From assembly GCF_963921235.1 (NCBI RefSeq), contig NC_086098.1, positions 7,130,001 to 7,194,000 on the forward strand: a stretch of DNA of 64,000 bases. Reading direction: 5' to 3'. The notes below the pieces were generated by a model. The model made no database searches. It had not been told where the DNA came from and saw only the letters and a list, made by a program, of their open reading frames with translations. The DNA comes from Mobula hypostoma (Eukaryota). Numbering within the stretch: the first letter of the stretch is position 1; every line of letters starts with the position of its first letter. Below, piece after piece: positions 1 to 10,263 of the stretch. The translations under genes and the position numbers were made by a program.

Positions 1-895
1 AAAACTGCACACAATACTCCAGGTGTGGTCTCACCAAGGCCTTGTACAACTGCAGTAGTACCTCCCTGCTCCTGTACTCGAATCCTCTCGCTATAAATGC
101 CAGCATACCATTCGCCTTTTTCACCGCCTGCTGTACCTGCATGCCCACTTTCAATGACTGGTGTATAATGACTGGTTCTCCCCTATCCACTCTACTAGTT
201 ACATCCTTAAAAAATTCTATGAGATTCGTCAGACATGATTTTCCTTTCACAAATCCATGCTGACTTTGTCCGATCATTTCTCCGCTTTCCAAATGTGCTG
301 TTATCACATCCTTGATAACTGACTCCAGCAGTTTCCCCACCACCGACGTTAGGCTAACCGGTCTATAATTCCCCGGTTTCTCTCTCCCTCCTTTTTTAAA
401 AATTGGGGTTACATTAGCCACCCTCCAATCCTCAGGAACTAGTCCAGAATCTAACGAGTTTTGAAAAATTATCACTAATGCATCCACTATTTCTTGGGCT
501 ACTTCCTTAAGCACTCTAGGATGCATACCATCTGGCCCTGGGGATTTATCTGCCTTCAATCCCTTCAATTTACCTAACACCACTTCCCTACTAACATGTA
601 TTTCGCTCAGTTCCTCCATCTCACTGGACCCTCTGTCCCTTACTATTTCTGGAAGATTATTTATGTCCTCCTTAGTGAAGACAGAACCAAAGTAATTATT
701 CAATTGGTCTGCCATGTCCTTGTTCCCCATAATGAATTCACCTGTTTCTGTCTGCAGGGGACCTACATTTGCCTTTACCAGTCTTTTCCTTTTTACATAT
801 CTATAAAAGCTTTTACAGTCCGTTTTTATGTTCTCTGCCAGTTTTCTCTCATAATCTTTTTTCCCCTTCCTAATTAAGCCCTTTGTCCTCCTCTT
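1..895 (-). mobile_element. CR1-clade LINE ORF2 (RT region) fragment, internally deleted
   Basis: The minus strand encodes MQVQQAVKKANGMLAFIARG..LYKALVRPHLEYCVQF. Bases 1-170 are near-identical to 46816-46985. Confidence 0.85.
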
Positions 896-993
896 TTTAA
901 AAATTTTATTTCTACTTTATCTCATTGTAAAGCACTTCGGGCAACATTGTTTATATGAAAAGTGCCCTGTAAAAACGCTATTATTAATAGGAT

Positions 994-1378
994 GGCGGGG
1001 TGGAGATACGTCTTTCCCAAATGAGGTGTAAGGTGCTCCTTCCCTCTGCGATCCAGCCGGTCACCCTTGGACAAGGTGTAGCACCTGCTTATCCCCCCCC
1101 ACCGCCCAGATCTGGGTCACGTGAAGCCATGGGAGCAGGTGGTAGATGTCCGTATGAGCAGCCGGTGCATCACAAGTCCTAGTAATGTAACCAGTGACGC
1201 CAGGCTGACAATCTCTGAAGAGTAGGGATAATGGCTGGGCTCAGCCCATCTTGTAAAGACACTGCCCAGAAGAAGGCCATGGCGAACCTCTTCTGCAGAA
1301 AAATTTGCCAAGAGCAGTCATGGTCAGAGACCACGATCATCTACATCATACGACATGGGACGTAATGATGGTGATGAT
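994..1378 (+). mobile_element. Non-autonomous RTE-tailed short element (family A), candidate HDV-like 5' fold
   Basis: 3' part GAAGAAGGCCATGGCGAACC..TTTGCCAAGA resembles RTE/BovB-type tails and ends in (ATG)n. A homologous copy lies at 38908-39286 (-). No ORF and no clear tRNA A/B boxes. Confidence 0.65.
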
Positions 1379-1387
1379 TATTACTAT

Positions 1388-1999
1388 TAAATTTGACCTG
1401 TCCCCTGAAACCCTCACTAATTTTTATAGATGCACCGTAGAAAGCATTCTTCTAGGGTGCATCACAACCTGGTATGGAAGTTGTCCTGTCCAAGACCGAA
1501 AGAAGCTGCAGAAGATTGTGAACATGGCACAGCACATCACACAAACCAATCTTCCGTCCTTGGACTCACTCTACACCGCACGCTGTCGGAGCAGTGCTGC
1601 CAGGATAATCAAGGGCACAACCCACCCAGCCAACAGACTTTTCGTCTCTCTTCCCTCCGGGAGAAGGTTTAGGAGCTTGAAGTCTCATACGGCCAGATTT
1701 GGGAACAGCTTCTTTCCAACTGTGATAGGACTGCTGAACGGATCCTGACCCAGATCTAGGCCATACCCTCCAAATATCCGGACCTGCCTCTCGGTTTTTT
1801 TTGCACTACCTTAATTTCCATTTTTCTATTTTCTATTTATAATTTATAATTTAAATTTTAATATTTACTAATTTTAACTTTTTAATATTTATAATATTTA
1901 ATATTTGTAATCCAAGGAGTGTGAAGCACAGAATCAAATATCGCTGTGATGATTGTACGTTCTAGTACCAATTGTTTGGCGACAATAAAGTATAAAGTA
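1388..1999 (+). mobile_element. Rex1/Babar-type LINE 3' fragment
   Basis: Peptide LTNFYRCTVESILLGCITTWYG..HPANRLFVSLPSGRRFRSL..NSFFP, then a 3'UTR ending GACAATAAAGTATAAAGTA. A near-identical shorter copy lies at 4410-4860. Confidence 0.8.
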
Positions 2000-2511
2000 A
2001 CCAGTCAGAAGGTCAGGCTGCACGTGTGGAAAGAGAAACGGTTGACTTTTCAGATCACAGACCCTTCAGCCTGAAGCAGCCTCTGTTTCTCTTTCCACAG
2101 ATACTGAAGGTTTCTAGTTTTCTCTGTTTTGTTAGATTAGTACAGTGCCAAAGAATGGGATGTACTTCTACTGTGTGACTATTCATTTGTATGGAATCGC
2201 TGAGCTTGTGGAAAAAAAAGAGCGAAAGGTGTTTCTTTTAAGTTAATTATCCATTAATTTCATTTTTTGGATGGTTTTAATTAAAGTTATATTTCTTCAT
2301 AGATTTTTTTTAAATTTAGTTAAAATTATGCATTTAAACATTTAATTATCAGTGATATCCATAAGTTGTTCTAAGGCCTTTGACATCGGTGAGATGTCAA
2401 AAAGCCAACAGGGGCACTTCAGAGGTAGCTCCCTAGGGTGAGGAATCTCAGCCCAAAATGTCGATTGTTTATTCCTCTCCGTAGATACTGACTGACCTGC
2501 TGTGTTCCTCC

Positions 2512-2513
<2 letters not shown>

Positions 2514-2554
<41 letters not shown>

Positions 2555-2721
2555 TTGTGTGTGTGTGTGTGAGATTGTGTGTGTGAGAGAGATTGTGTGT
2601 GTGTGTGAGATTGTGTGTGTGTGTGTGAGAGAGATTGTGTGTGTGTGTGAGATTGTGTGTGTGTGTGTGAGAGAGAGATTGTGTGTGTGTGTGTGTGAGA
2701 GAGAGATTGTGTGTGTGAGAT

Positions 2722-2792
<71 letters not shown>

Positions 2793-3028
2793 TTGTGTGT
2801 GTGTGTGAGATTGTGTGTGTGTGTGAGAGAGAGATTGTGTGTGTGTGTGTGTGTGTGTGTGAGATTGTGTGTGTGAGAGAGATTGTGTGTGTGTGTGAGA
2901 TTGTGTGTGTGTGTGAGAGAGATTGTGTGTGTGTGAGAGATTGTGTGTGTGTGTGAGATTGTGTGTGTGTGTGTGAGAGAGAGATTGTGTGTGTGTGTGT
3001 GTGAGAGAGAGATTGTGTGTGTGAGATT

Positions 3029-3102
<74 letters not shown>

Positions 3103-3340
3103 TTGTGTGTGTGTGTGAGATTGTGTGTGTGTGTGTGTGAGAGAGAGATTGTGTGTGTGTGTGTGAGATTGTGTGTGTGAGAGAGATTGTGTGTGTGTGT
3201 GAGATTGTGTGTGTGTGTGTGAGAGAGATTGTGTGTGTGTGTGAGATTGTGTGTGTGTGTGTGAGAGAGAGATTGTGTGTGTGTGTGTGTGAGAGAGAGA
3301 TTGTGTGTGTGAGATTGTGTGTGTGTGTGTGTGAGAGAGA

Positions 3341-3380
<40 letters not shown>

Positions 3381-3422
3381 TTGTGTGTGTGTGTGAGATT
3401 GTGTGTGTGTGAGAGAGAGATT

Positions 3423-3497
<75 letters not shown>

Positions 3498-3533
3498 TGT
3501 GTGTGTGTGTGTGAGTGTGTGTGTGTGAGAGAG

Positions 3534-3583
<50 letters not shown>

Positions 3584-3590
3584 CGTGCGC
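2514..3590. repeat. Compound microsatellite (TG)n/(AG)n punctuated by GATT, about 1.07 kb
   Basis: Directly visible. It accounts for the spurious TH/CV-rich ORFs. Confidence 0.98.
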
Positions 3591-3989
3591 GTGCGATTCT
3601 GTGTGTGTGACACAGAGATTCTGTGTGTACGTATATGTGTGTATGTTACTCTGGATCTCCAACACTTGCAGTTGTGTTTATTTTCTCTTGCACCTAACTC
3701 TACGGGAGCACTCCAGGGCACACTGTTCTGTATATCCGAATTAAATTCAGCCGGCTTTCCTGTTCTATCCTGTAATTTACCACTGCATCTCGTGTATTCA
3801 AGATTAGTTTTCCAAATGCTGATGCGTTTTATTTTGGATTTTAGTCTCAATGTGTGAAAATGTGTCTGTCTATCTTATTATTGCTAAAGTATAGAATGCA
3901 TTTCACATCCAGCCTGCTCTCTGACTCTATTCATTTGAAGGCATTTCTTTGAAGTTAATTACTTAAATGGAGATTATGTAGATAATTCA

Positions 3990-4222
3990 GAGATACAGGC
4001 CCTTCTGGCCCAAAGAGTCCTCATCGTCCAATTACACCCATGTAGCCAATTAACCTATTAACCCATACGTCTTGGCACTGTGGGAGGAAACCGATGCACC
4101 TGGTGGAAACCCACATGGTCACAGGGAAAACCTGCAAACTCCTTACAGGACAGTGGCGGGAATGGAACCCCCGGTTGCTGGCACAGAAAAGCGAAGTGCC
4201 AACCGCTACACTGCTGTGACGA
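3990..4222 (-). mobile_element. tRNA-derived V-SINE/HE1-like SINE
   Basis: The reverse complement shows a degenerate tRNA head, the central ..GTGGGTTTCC..TGCATCGGTTTCCTCCCACA.. domain and a CR1-like tail. Homologous to 37880-38135. Confidence 0.75.
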
Positions 4223-4409
4223 TCTATCGCCAACATTGTGCTAACTTGACTGAAGTTGACAGCCCTAGTCCTGTCACTTATTTTATTTGTGTATCAAGTT
4301 GAATTTTATTCCCACTCAACTGTTTACGTGTACAGTATACCGCTAAAAGAAACAATGCTTCTCTGAACCAAGGTGCACAACACTGTACATATAACTCACA
4401 TACAACACA

Positions 4410-4860
4410 TAATCTTCCGTCCGTGGACTCATTTTACGCTGTCGGAGCAGTGCTGCCAGGATAATCAAGGACAAGACCCACCCAGCCAACACACCTTTTG
4501 TTCCTCTTCCCTCCGGGAGAAGGCTCAGGAGCTTGAAGACTCATACGGCCAGATTTGGGAACAGCTTCTTTCCAACTGTGATACGACTGCTGAACGGATC
4601 CTGACCCAGATCTGGGCCGTACCCTCCAAATATCCGGACCTGCCTCTCGGTTTTTTTTTACACTACCGTACTTCCCGTTTTTTTATTTTCTATTTATGAT
4701 TTACAATTTATATTTTTAATATTTACTAATTTTAACTATTTTAAATATTTTAATATTTAATATTTGTAATCCAGGGAGTGTGAAGCGCAGAATCAAATAT
4801 CGCTGTGATGATTGTACATTCTAGTACCAATTGTTTGGCGACAATAAAGTATAAAGTAAT
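4410..4860 (+). mobile_element. Rex1/Babar-type LINE 3' end (same family as 1388-1999)
   Basis: Near-identical to 1550-1999, including the terminus. Confidence 0.8.
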
Positions 4861-5472
4861 ATACCATAGATAAATTAACAATTAATACCATATATTCCAG
4901 AAAATTGACATGAAGCCTGAGATGCATTTATAAGCCAAGTTAAAAAGTAAACAATATAACACCACTGACACTTCACAGCTGATGAGACCTGGGTGGTGAC
5001 AGGGAGTTCATGAGTCTCATGGCCTAGGGGAGAAATCTATTCCCCATCCTGACAGTCTAATACAGAATAAATCCAAGGCTTTTGTTTTGGAATAAATTCC
5101 ATTTAGTGTGGGTTTTTTTTGTTTCTTATCTCTTGATAATATCTTTTTCCTATTCACAGCCGTTACAGCTAGTTATGATTAGTCATGACTAGTGCATCTT
5201 TGCCCTTTTCTTCCTCTTCCAATTTTCCTTTCATTGTCGTTTGTTTTGCATGCCTTTTCCATGAATATTGAGAGCTCCTTTACAGCTTGTCCAAGTGCCT
5301 ACACTTTGGATGCACACACCATGAGAGCTGACAAGCTGGTTAGTTATTTGAGCCAAGCTGAATACTGCCCTTACCAATAATTTGGCCATAAAACCCAACA
5401 ATGGAGAGTGAAAACATTAACCAGCTTATACACTCTGTAATTTTCTGATTCTGAACAACTTAATTTGTCTCC

Positions 5473-6160
5473 ACTAAAGGTTAACTTGCAGGCTGAGTCA
5501 GTGGTGAGGAAGGTAATGTGATGGAAGCATTCATTTCAAGAGGACTAGAATATAAAAGCAAGGATGCAATGCTGAGGCTTTATAAAGCACTGGTGAGGTC
5601 TCACTTGGAGTATTGTGAGTAGTTTTGTGCCCCATATCTTCGAAAGGATGTGTTGAAACTGGAGAGGGTTCAAAGGAGATTCACAAAAATGATTCCAAGA
5701 TTGAACATCTTGTCATATGAAGAGAATTTGATGGCTCTGTGCCTATATTCACTAGAATTCAGAAGAATGAGGGGTGGCCTTATTGAAACCCATCAAGTAG
5801 TGAAAATACTCGATAAAGTGGATGTGGAGAGATGTTTCCCTTGGTGGGAGAGTCTAGGAACAGAGGACACTTCCTCAACATAGAGGGGCATCTTTGAACA
5901 GAGATGAGGAGGAATTTCTTCAGCCAGAGAATGGTGAATCTGTGGAATTTTTTGCCGTAGGCAGCTGTGGAGGCCAAGTCTTTATGTATATTTAAGGCAG
6001 AGATTAATAGATTATTGATTGGTCAGAGCATGAAGGGATACGGAAGAAGGCAGGAGATTAGGGTTGAGAGGAAAATTGGATCAGCCATGATGAAATGGCA
6101 GAGCAGACTCGATGGGCTAAATAGCCTAATTCTGCTCCTATATTTTCTGATCTCATGGTC
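5473..6160 (+). mobile_element. CR1 LINE 3' fragment, degenerate
   Basis: LERVQRRFTKMIP..LYSLEFRRMRG..NFFSQR..NLWN motifs, interrupted by stops and frameshifts. Confidence 0.85.
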
Positions 6161-6375
6161 TTCCAACCAAACACATAGGGATAGGTTGAAGATGAAATGT
6201 TCTGTGTTATCTGCCCTACTTGGTCCCAGTGTACTTTTCTTACGGATCTATCATGGGAGAATGTATCCCTTTGTCAAGTAAAAGTCAGAGGAAGACAAAA
6301 CCGTAAACTCAGCGCACTCTCTTAACAGTATTTGCTCTACAAAGCCTTATTGATCTTTGATTTAAGACTCTAGAT

Positions 6376-6454
6376 TGGTGTTCCCAACATTCTTTATGCC
6401 ATGGACCTTTACCATTAACCGGGAGGTCCGTTGACCCCAGGTTGGGAACGCCTG
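6376..6454. mobile_element. hAT (Charlie-type) MITE
   Basis: TIRs TGGTGTTCCCAAC / GTTGGGAACGCCTG flanked by the 8-bp direct repeat CTCTAGAT (6368-6375, 6455-6462), which fits the NTCTAGAN target preference. Confidence 0.8.
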
Positions 6455-6517
6455 CTCTAGATTTTATCTGTATTTATAGTGAGCTATTAAGAACTTTATC
6501 ACTTAGAGATTTTGGGG

Positions 6518-7392
6518 GTCAGTATCAAAGTGGTAGCATAACAGCACAACACTATTTTCAGCTTGGAGCATCAGTGTTTGAATTTCAATTCCAGCATCTT
6601 CTGTAAGTAAATCTGAACGTTATTTGCGTGTGCACGTTGATTTCCTCCCACAGTCCCCAGATGCACCGGTTAGTAGGTTAATTGATCATTGAAAACTGTC
6701 CTGTGATTAGAGGCCCGTGGTTGGTCAGGAATGACCATGGATGTTGCATCCTAACTGTCTACGTGATATGCAAGCCGTGAGATGGAAAGCAAGCTGTTGC
6801 CCATATAGCAGGCTCCCCCTCTCCACACATCCGATAAATCCAAAGGAACAGCAGCGACCTATACAGTTTGGTACCAGTGGTGTTGCAGGTGTTGCAAGTT
6901 TGAGTTGCATTGAATTCAATGTAGGACTGCCTTAGGGACTCCAGCTCCATATTTTTCCTCAGGATTTACTCCCAAAGCTCCCATGAGGGGTACCACTGCA
7001 AGGCAGCAGAGGTTTGACATCAGAGTGCCCCTTCTCCTAGATGAGCTGCCCACCACAGCTGATGAGCCAAATCTGCCCAAAGTGACTGGTTTTAAGGCAC
7101 CAGTAACCCAGTTTTGCCCCTCCTCTGGTCAGTAGAAATGGTTCTGCTGGGCTTAGTAGCTAAGCCACACATGAAGGCCAGGAGCTGGCTTGGTTCTCAG
7201 AGGCTATTTGAGATGCACTCCACTGGAAGAATTTAATAGCTGTTGGGAGCTTACCCCCACTGCCAGTCCCCGGCTATAACAACATTGAGGAATCTGTGAT
7301 GAGGCTAGGGTTAAATTGGTGGGTTGGTGGGTGGCGTAGCTCATTGAACCAGAAGAGTCTGCTCCGTGCTGCGTCTCTAAATAAATAAATAA
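6518..7392 (+). mobile_element. V-SINE interrupted by a minus-strand non-coding element (6711-7292)
   Basis: SINE body 6518-6710 resumes at about 7293 (CTGTGATTAG / CTGTGATGAG duplication) and ends in (AAAT)n. Confidence 0.7.
6711..7292 (-). mobile_element. Non-autonomous element resembling an RTE 5'UTR (family B)
   Basis: Homologous to 21290-21852 (+) and 56575-56950 (+). Contains the GGCAGCTCATCTAGGAGAAGG..ACTCTGAT motif and no ORF. Confidence 0.6.
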
Positions 7393-8269
7393 ATCTCAAT
7401 CTCCTAGGAAATTGAGGATTGGGAATGGCAGCAATGGCAGGAAAATGGTTGCCTTGGAAGTGGGAAAGGGACTCTGAACAAATAAAGGAACTATAGGTTG
7501 TAGTCTTGAGAAGTCATCTAAAGTGATATCCTGACAGCTGGATGCCTGACAAGAAATATTAAAGGCCTTTCTTAAGAAAACAATTAGAGTATAATAAGAA
7601 TATATGTTGTAGTGTCACATCATTGCAGGAAGGTCACAGCTGACAAATCAATAATGATATGAGGACAATGTAAATCTCTGCTTCAGTGCACTTGATGGAA
7701 AATTGTGATTATTGGAAGCATATAGAGGGAAACTGTTCATCCACAGTCCAACACTCCCCATCTGAGGCACAAGTCTGCTTTCCAGTGTGTATGGGTGGAG
7801 GAAAGTGGAACAATTACTCTTGCATTTTTGACTTCCCACAAGCATTCAAATCTCATGACTTCACTGAAAGCCAGACATAGTAAATTGGGTAATGAATTGG
7901 ATGGATAATGGAAAACGGGAGCAGCTATTAATAACGGCACTTTGGATTGGGTAGCAGTGGTCTTTGGAATACCCCAGGGATTGACCGTTGGGGATCACTG
8001 CTGTTCATGCAGTGAATGTGACCTCGGTAAGCGTATTGCATTTAAAGTGTGGATATATTGCCAGTTTGTCTGAGGAAGCAAGATGTGCAGAATAAAGAGA
8101 AAATTCAATGTCACCCACAGAGGCACAGGTACTGAACAGTGAATGGTAAACGTATTCAGTTTTGAGAGATCTGGGGCAATGCCAAGACTGCTTAAAAGGA
8201 GTAAAACTAATTATAAGGTTGGAAATAATTCGGAAAATGTGAAGCTCGGGCAGTTGATGGTTGGGTTGA

Positions 8270-8805
8270 GTTATTCTCTGTTCTTGGCAATTTACTTGCT
8301 AACATTTTTTCACCATACAAGGGGACATCATGAGTGCCCTGTTGATTGTGGTGTGTCCTCCAAATATACTTATCAACCAGTTCCCTTGCATGCTGTGTGT
8401 TTGCTTGTGCCATGACTCTCACTGATGCCAAGTCGAATTTCTTGCCCCTCTCGATCTTCATGGGTAGAGACTAGGCAGAGCTGGTCATGCCGGTTTACAC
8501 CCAGTTGATGTTCATGGATCCACAAGGGAATTCTTAGAAGTGTGGTTTTCCGGGAACAATTCTGTAAGGAAACACATAGACTTCAATCCTATTTATATGC
8601 CGATGCAGGCAAAATTCCAGACCACTACACACGATGTTTGCCACGCAGCCAATCCGTGACACATCACAAATGAGTTTCTGAAATGGCAACCAATCAGCTG
8701 ATTGATAAGTATATAAAGGCCAAGCATTTGGTGGACACACCACAATTAACAGCACACTGACGATGTCTCCTCGTATGGCAACAAAACGTTTGCAAGAAAA
8801 TTGCT
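8270..8805. mobile_element. Poseidon/Penelope-type PLE remnant in inverted (fold-back) arrangement
   Basis: The plus strand (8525-8610) reads REFLEVWFSGNNSVRKHIDFNPIY. The minus strand reads IHEHQLGVNRHDQL..FDLASVRVMAQANTQHARE (GIY-YIG C-terminal region). 8287-8358 and 8733-8804 are imperfect inverted repeats. Degenerate hammerhead CTGACGA..AAAACGTT at 8757-8790. Confidence 0.75.
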
Positions 8806-9329
8806 AATTATAAAGTATCGAGATTAACAGCAGGCAAAAAGGTACAGGGGTTTTGGTGCTGGTAATGACTAATCAAATATTAAGCAGATTCAAAAGATAA
8901 ATGCGCTCTCACTGGAAAAGAGTAGAGAGAACCAATGAAAGAGTGTGGAACTGGAGACTGAATTGAAGGTGCAGATACTGTTCTGCATCATTTACCCCAG
9001 TGGGGTTTTTCCAGGGAATAATTTTAAGGTGATTGGAGGAAAATGTAGAGGGGAGGTCAGAAGTAAGTTGCTCCGCGTGGTGGGTGCATGGAACGAGCAG
9101 CCGGGGTGGTGGTTAAGGCATGATACACAGGGAGATTTAAGAGACTCTAGGGCACACACAATATGCTGGAGGCTGTCAGCAGGCCAGGCAAGTGGTGTCG
9201 ACGGAAAGGAATAAAGGTCGATGCTTTGAGCCAAGACCCTTCATCAGGACCGGAAAGAAAGAAGCCAGAATCTTAGATCCACAGGGAAGTGGCCACTGAG
9301 TGTATGTTCTATCACTGTGAACCATCTTT

Positions 9330-9820
9330 ATACAATATTGAAGTTATATAAGACATTGGTGAGGCCTAATATGGAGTATTGTGTGCAGTTTTGGTCACCG
9401 ACCTACAGGAAAGATGTAAATAAGGTTGAACGAGTACAGAGAAAACTTACAAGGATGTTGCTGGGTTTAAAGGATCTGAGTTATTAGGAAAGATTGAATA
9501 GGTTAAGACTTTATTCCTTGGAATGTAGAACATTGAGAAGAGATTTGATAGAGGTATACAAGATTATGAGGGGTATAGGTAGGGTAAATATAAAGAGGTT
9601 GGGTGGGACTACAACCAGGTGTTAAGGGAGAGAAGTGAAAAGTTTAAGGGAAACATGAGGGGAAACTTCTTCGTTCAGTAGATTGTGAGGGTGTGGAACG
9701 AGCTGCCAGCACAAGTGATGCGTTTAAGCTTGATTTCCATGTTTAACCAAAGTTTGGATAGGTATATGGATGTTAGGGGTGTCGAGGCTTATGGTCCCGT
9801 GCTGGTCAATGCGAGTGGGC
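9330..9820 (+). mobile_element. CR1 LINE 3' fragment
   Basis: LKLYKTLVRPNMEYCVQFWSP..ERVQRKLTRML motifs. Confidence 0.8.
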
Positions 9821-10148
9821 TGGGAGTTAGAACGCTCTATTCTAACTTGAACTGAAAAATAACATTTTCACAGATTTGACATGGTGTAGCAAAGTTCCTG
9901 AAGGAAATTTCTGGGTCGGAAAATATCCTGGAAGTTTTCAAATAGCAAATACAGGTACAGGAGAGAGAAAATAGTCAGAAACAATCTGAACTAGCGCTCT
10001 GAATAATAACCTGCATGTTCTCACTGCACAGCCCTCACTGTACTTGTCATAGACTTCAGAGTCTGTAAATCTTATGCATAAACATTGATTTAACCTTGTC
10101 CATTGTTTTAGTCCCGTGCGGCCTCTCACTGTGCTTTGTATTCTACAG

Positions 10149-10263
10149 GGACGTGATGAGCTTGGGGATCACGTTGGTTGGCCACCAGAAGAAAGTAATG
10201 AGCAGCATTCAGACTATGAGAGCCCAGATGATGCAAATGCACGGCACAGGAATTCAGGTGTAA
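10149..10263 (+). CDS. EPHA7: Terminal coding exon of an EphA receptor tyrosine kinase (end of SAM domain plus PDZ-binding tail)
   Basis: Pyrimidine-rich acceptor TTTGTATTCTACAG (AG at 10147-10148), one carried-over base, then DVMSLGITLVGHQKKVMSSIQTMRAQMMQMHGTGIQV-TAA (10150-10263). This closely matches the vertebrate EPHA7 C-terminus as I recall it (..GHQKKIMSSIQTMRAQMLHLHGTGIQV). Too short for the ORF track; upstream exons are not in the window. Confidence 0.9.

Noticed and set aside
2514..3590. Regularly spaced GAGATT units resembling a repeat-spacer array
   Set aside because: The spacers are only (TG)n of variable length. There are no unique spacers or cas genes, and the context is eukaryotic.
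2342..3857. 502-aa and 398-aa Thr/His-rich ORFs and Cys/Val-rich ORFs
   Set aside because: Artefacts of translating a stop-free (TG)/(AG) microsatellite.
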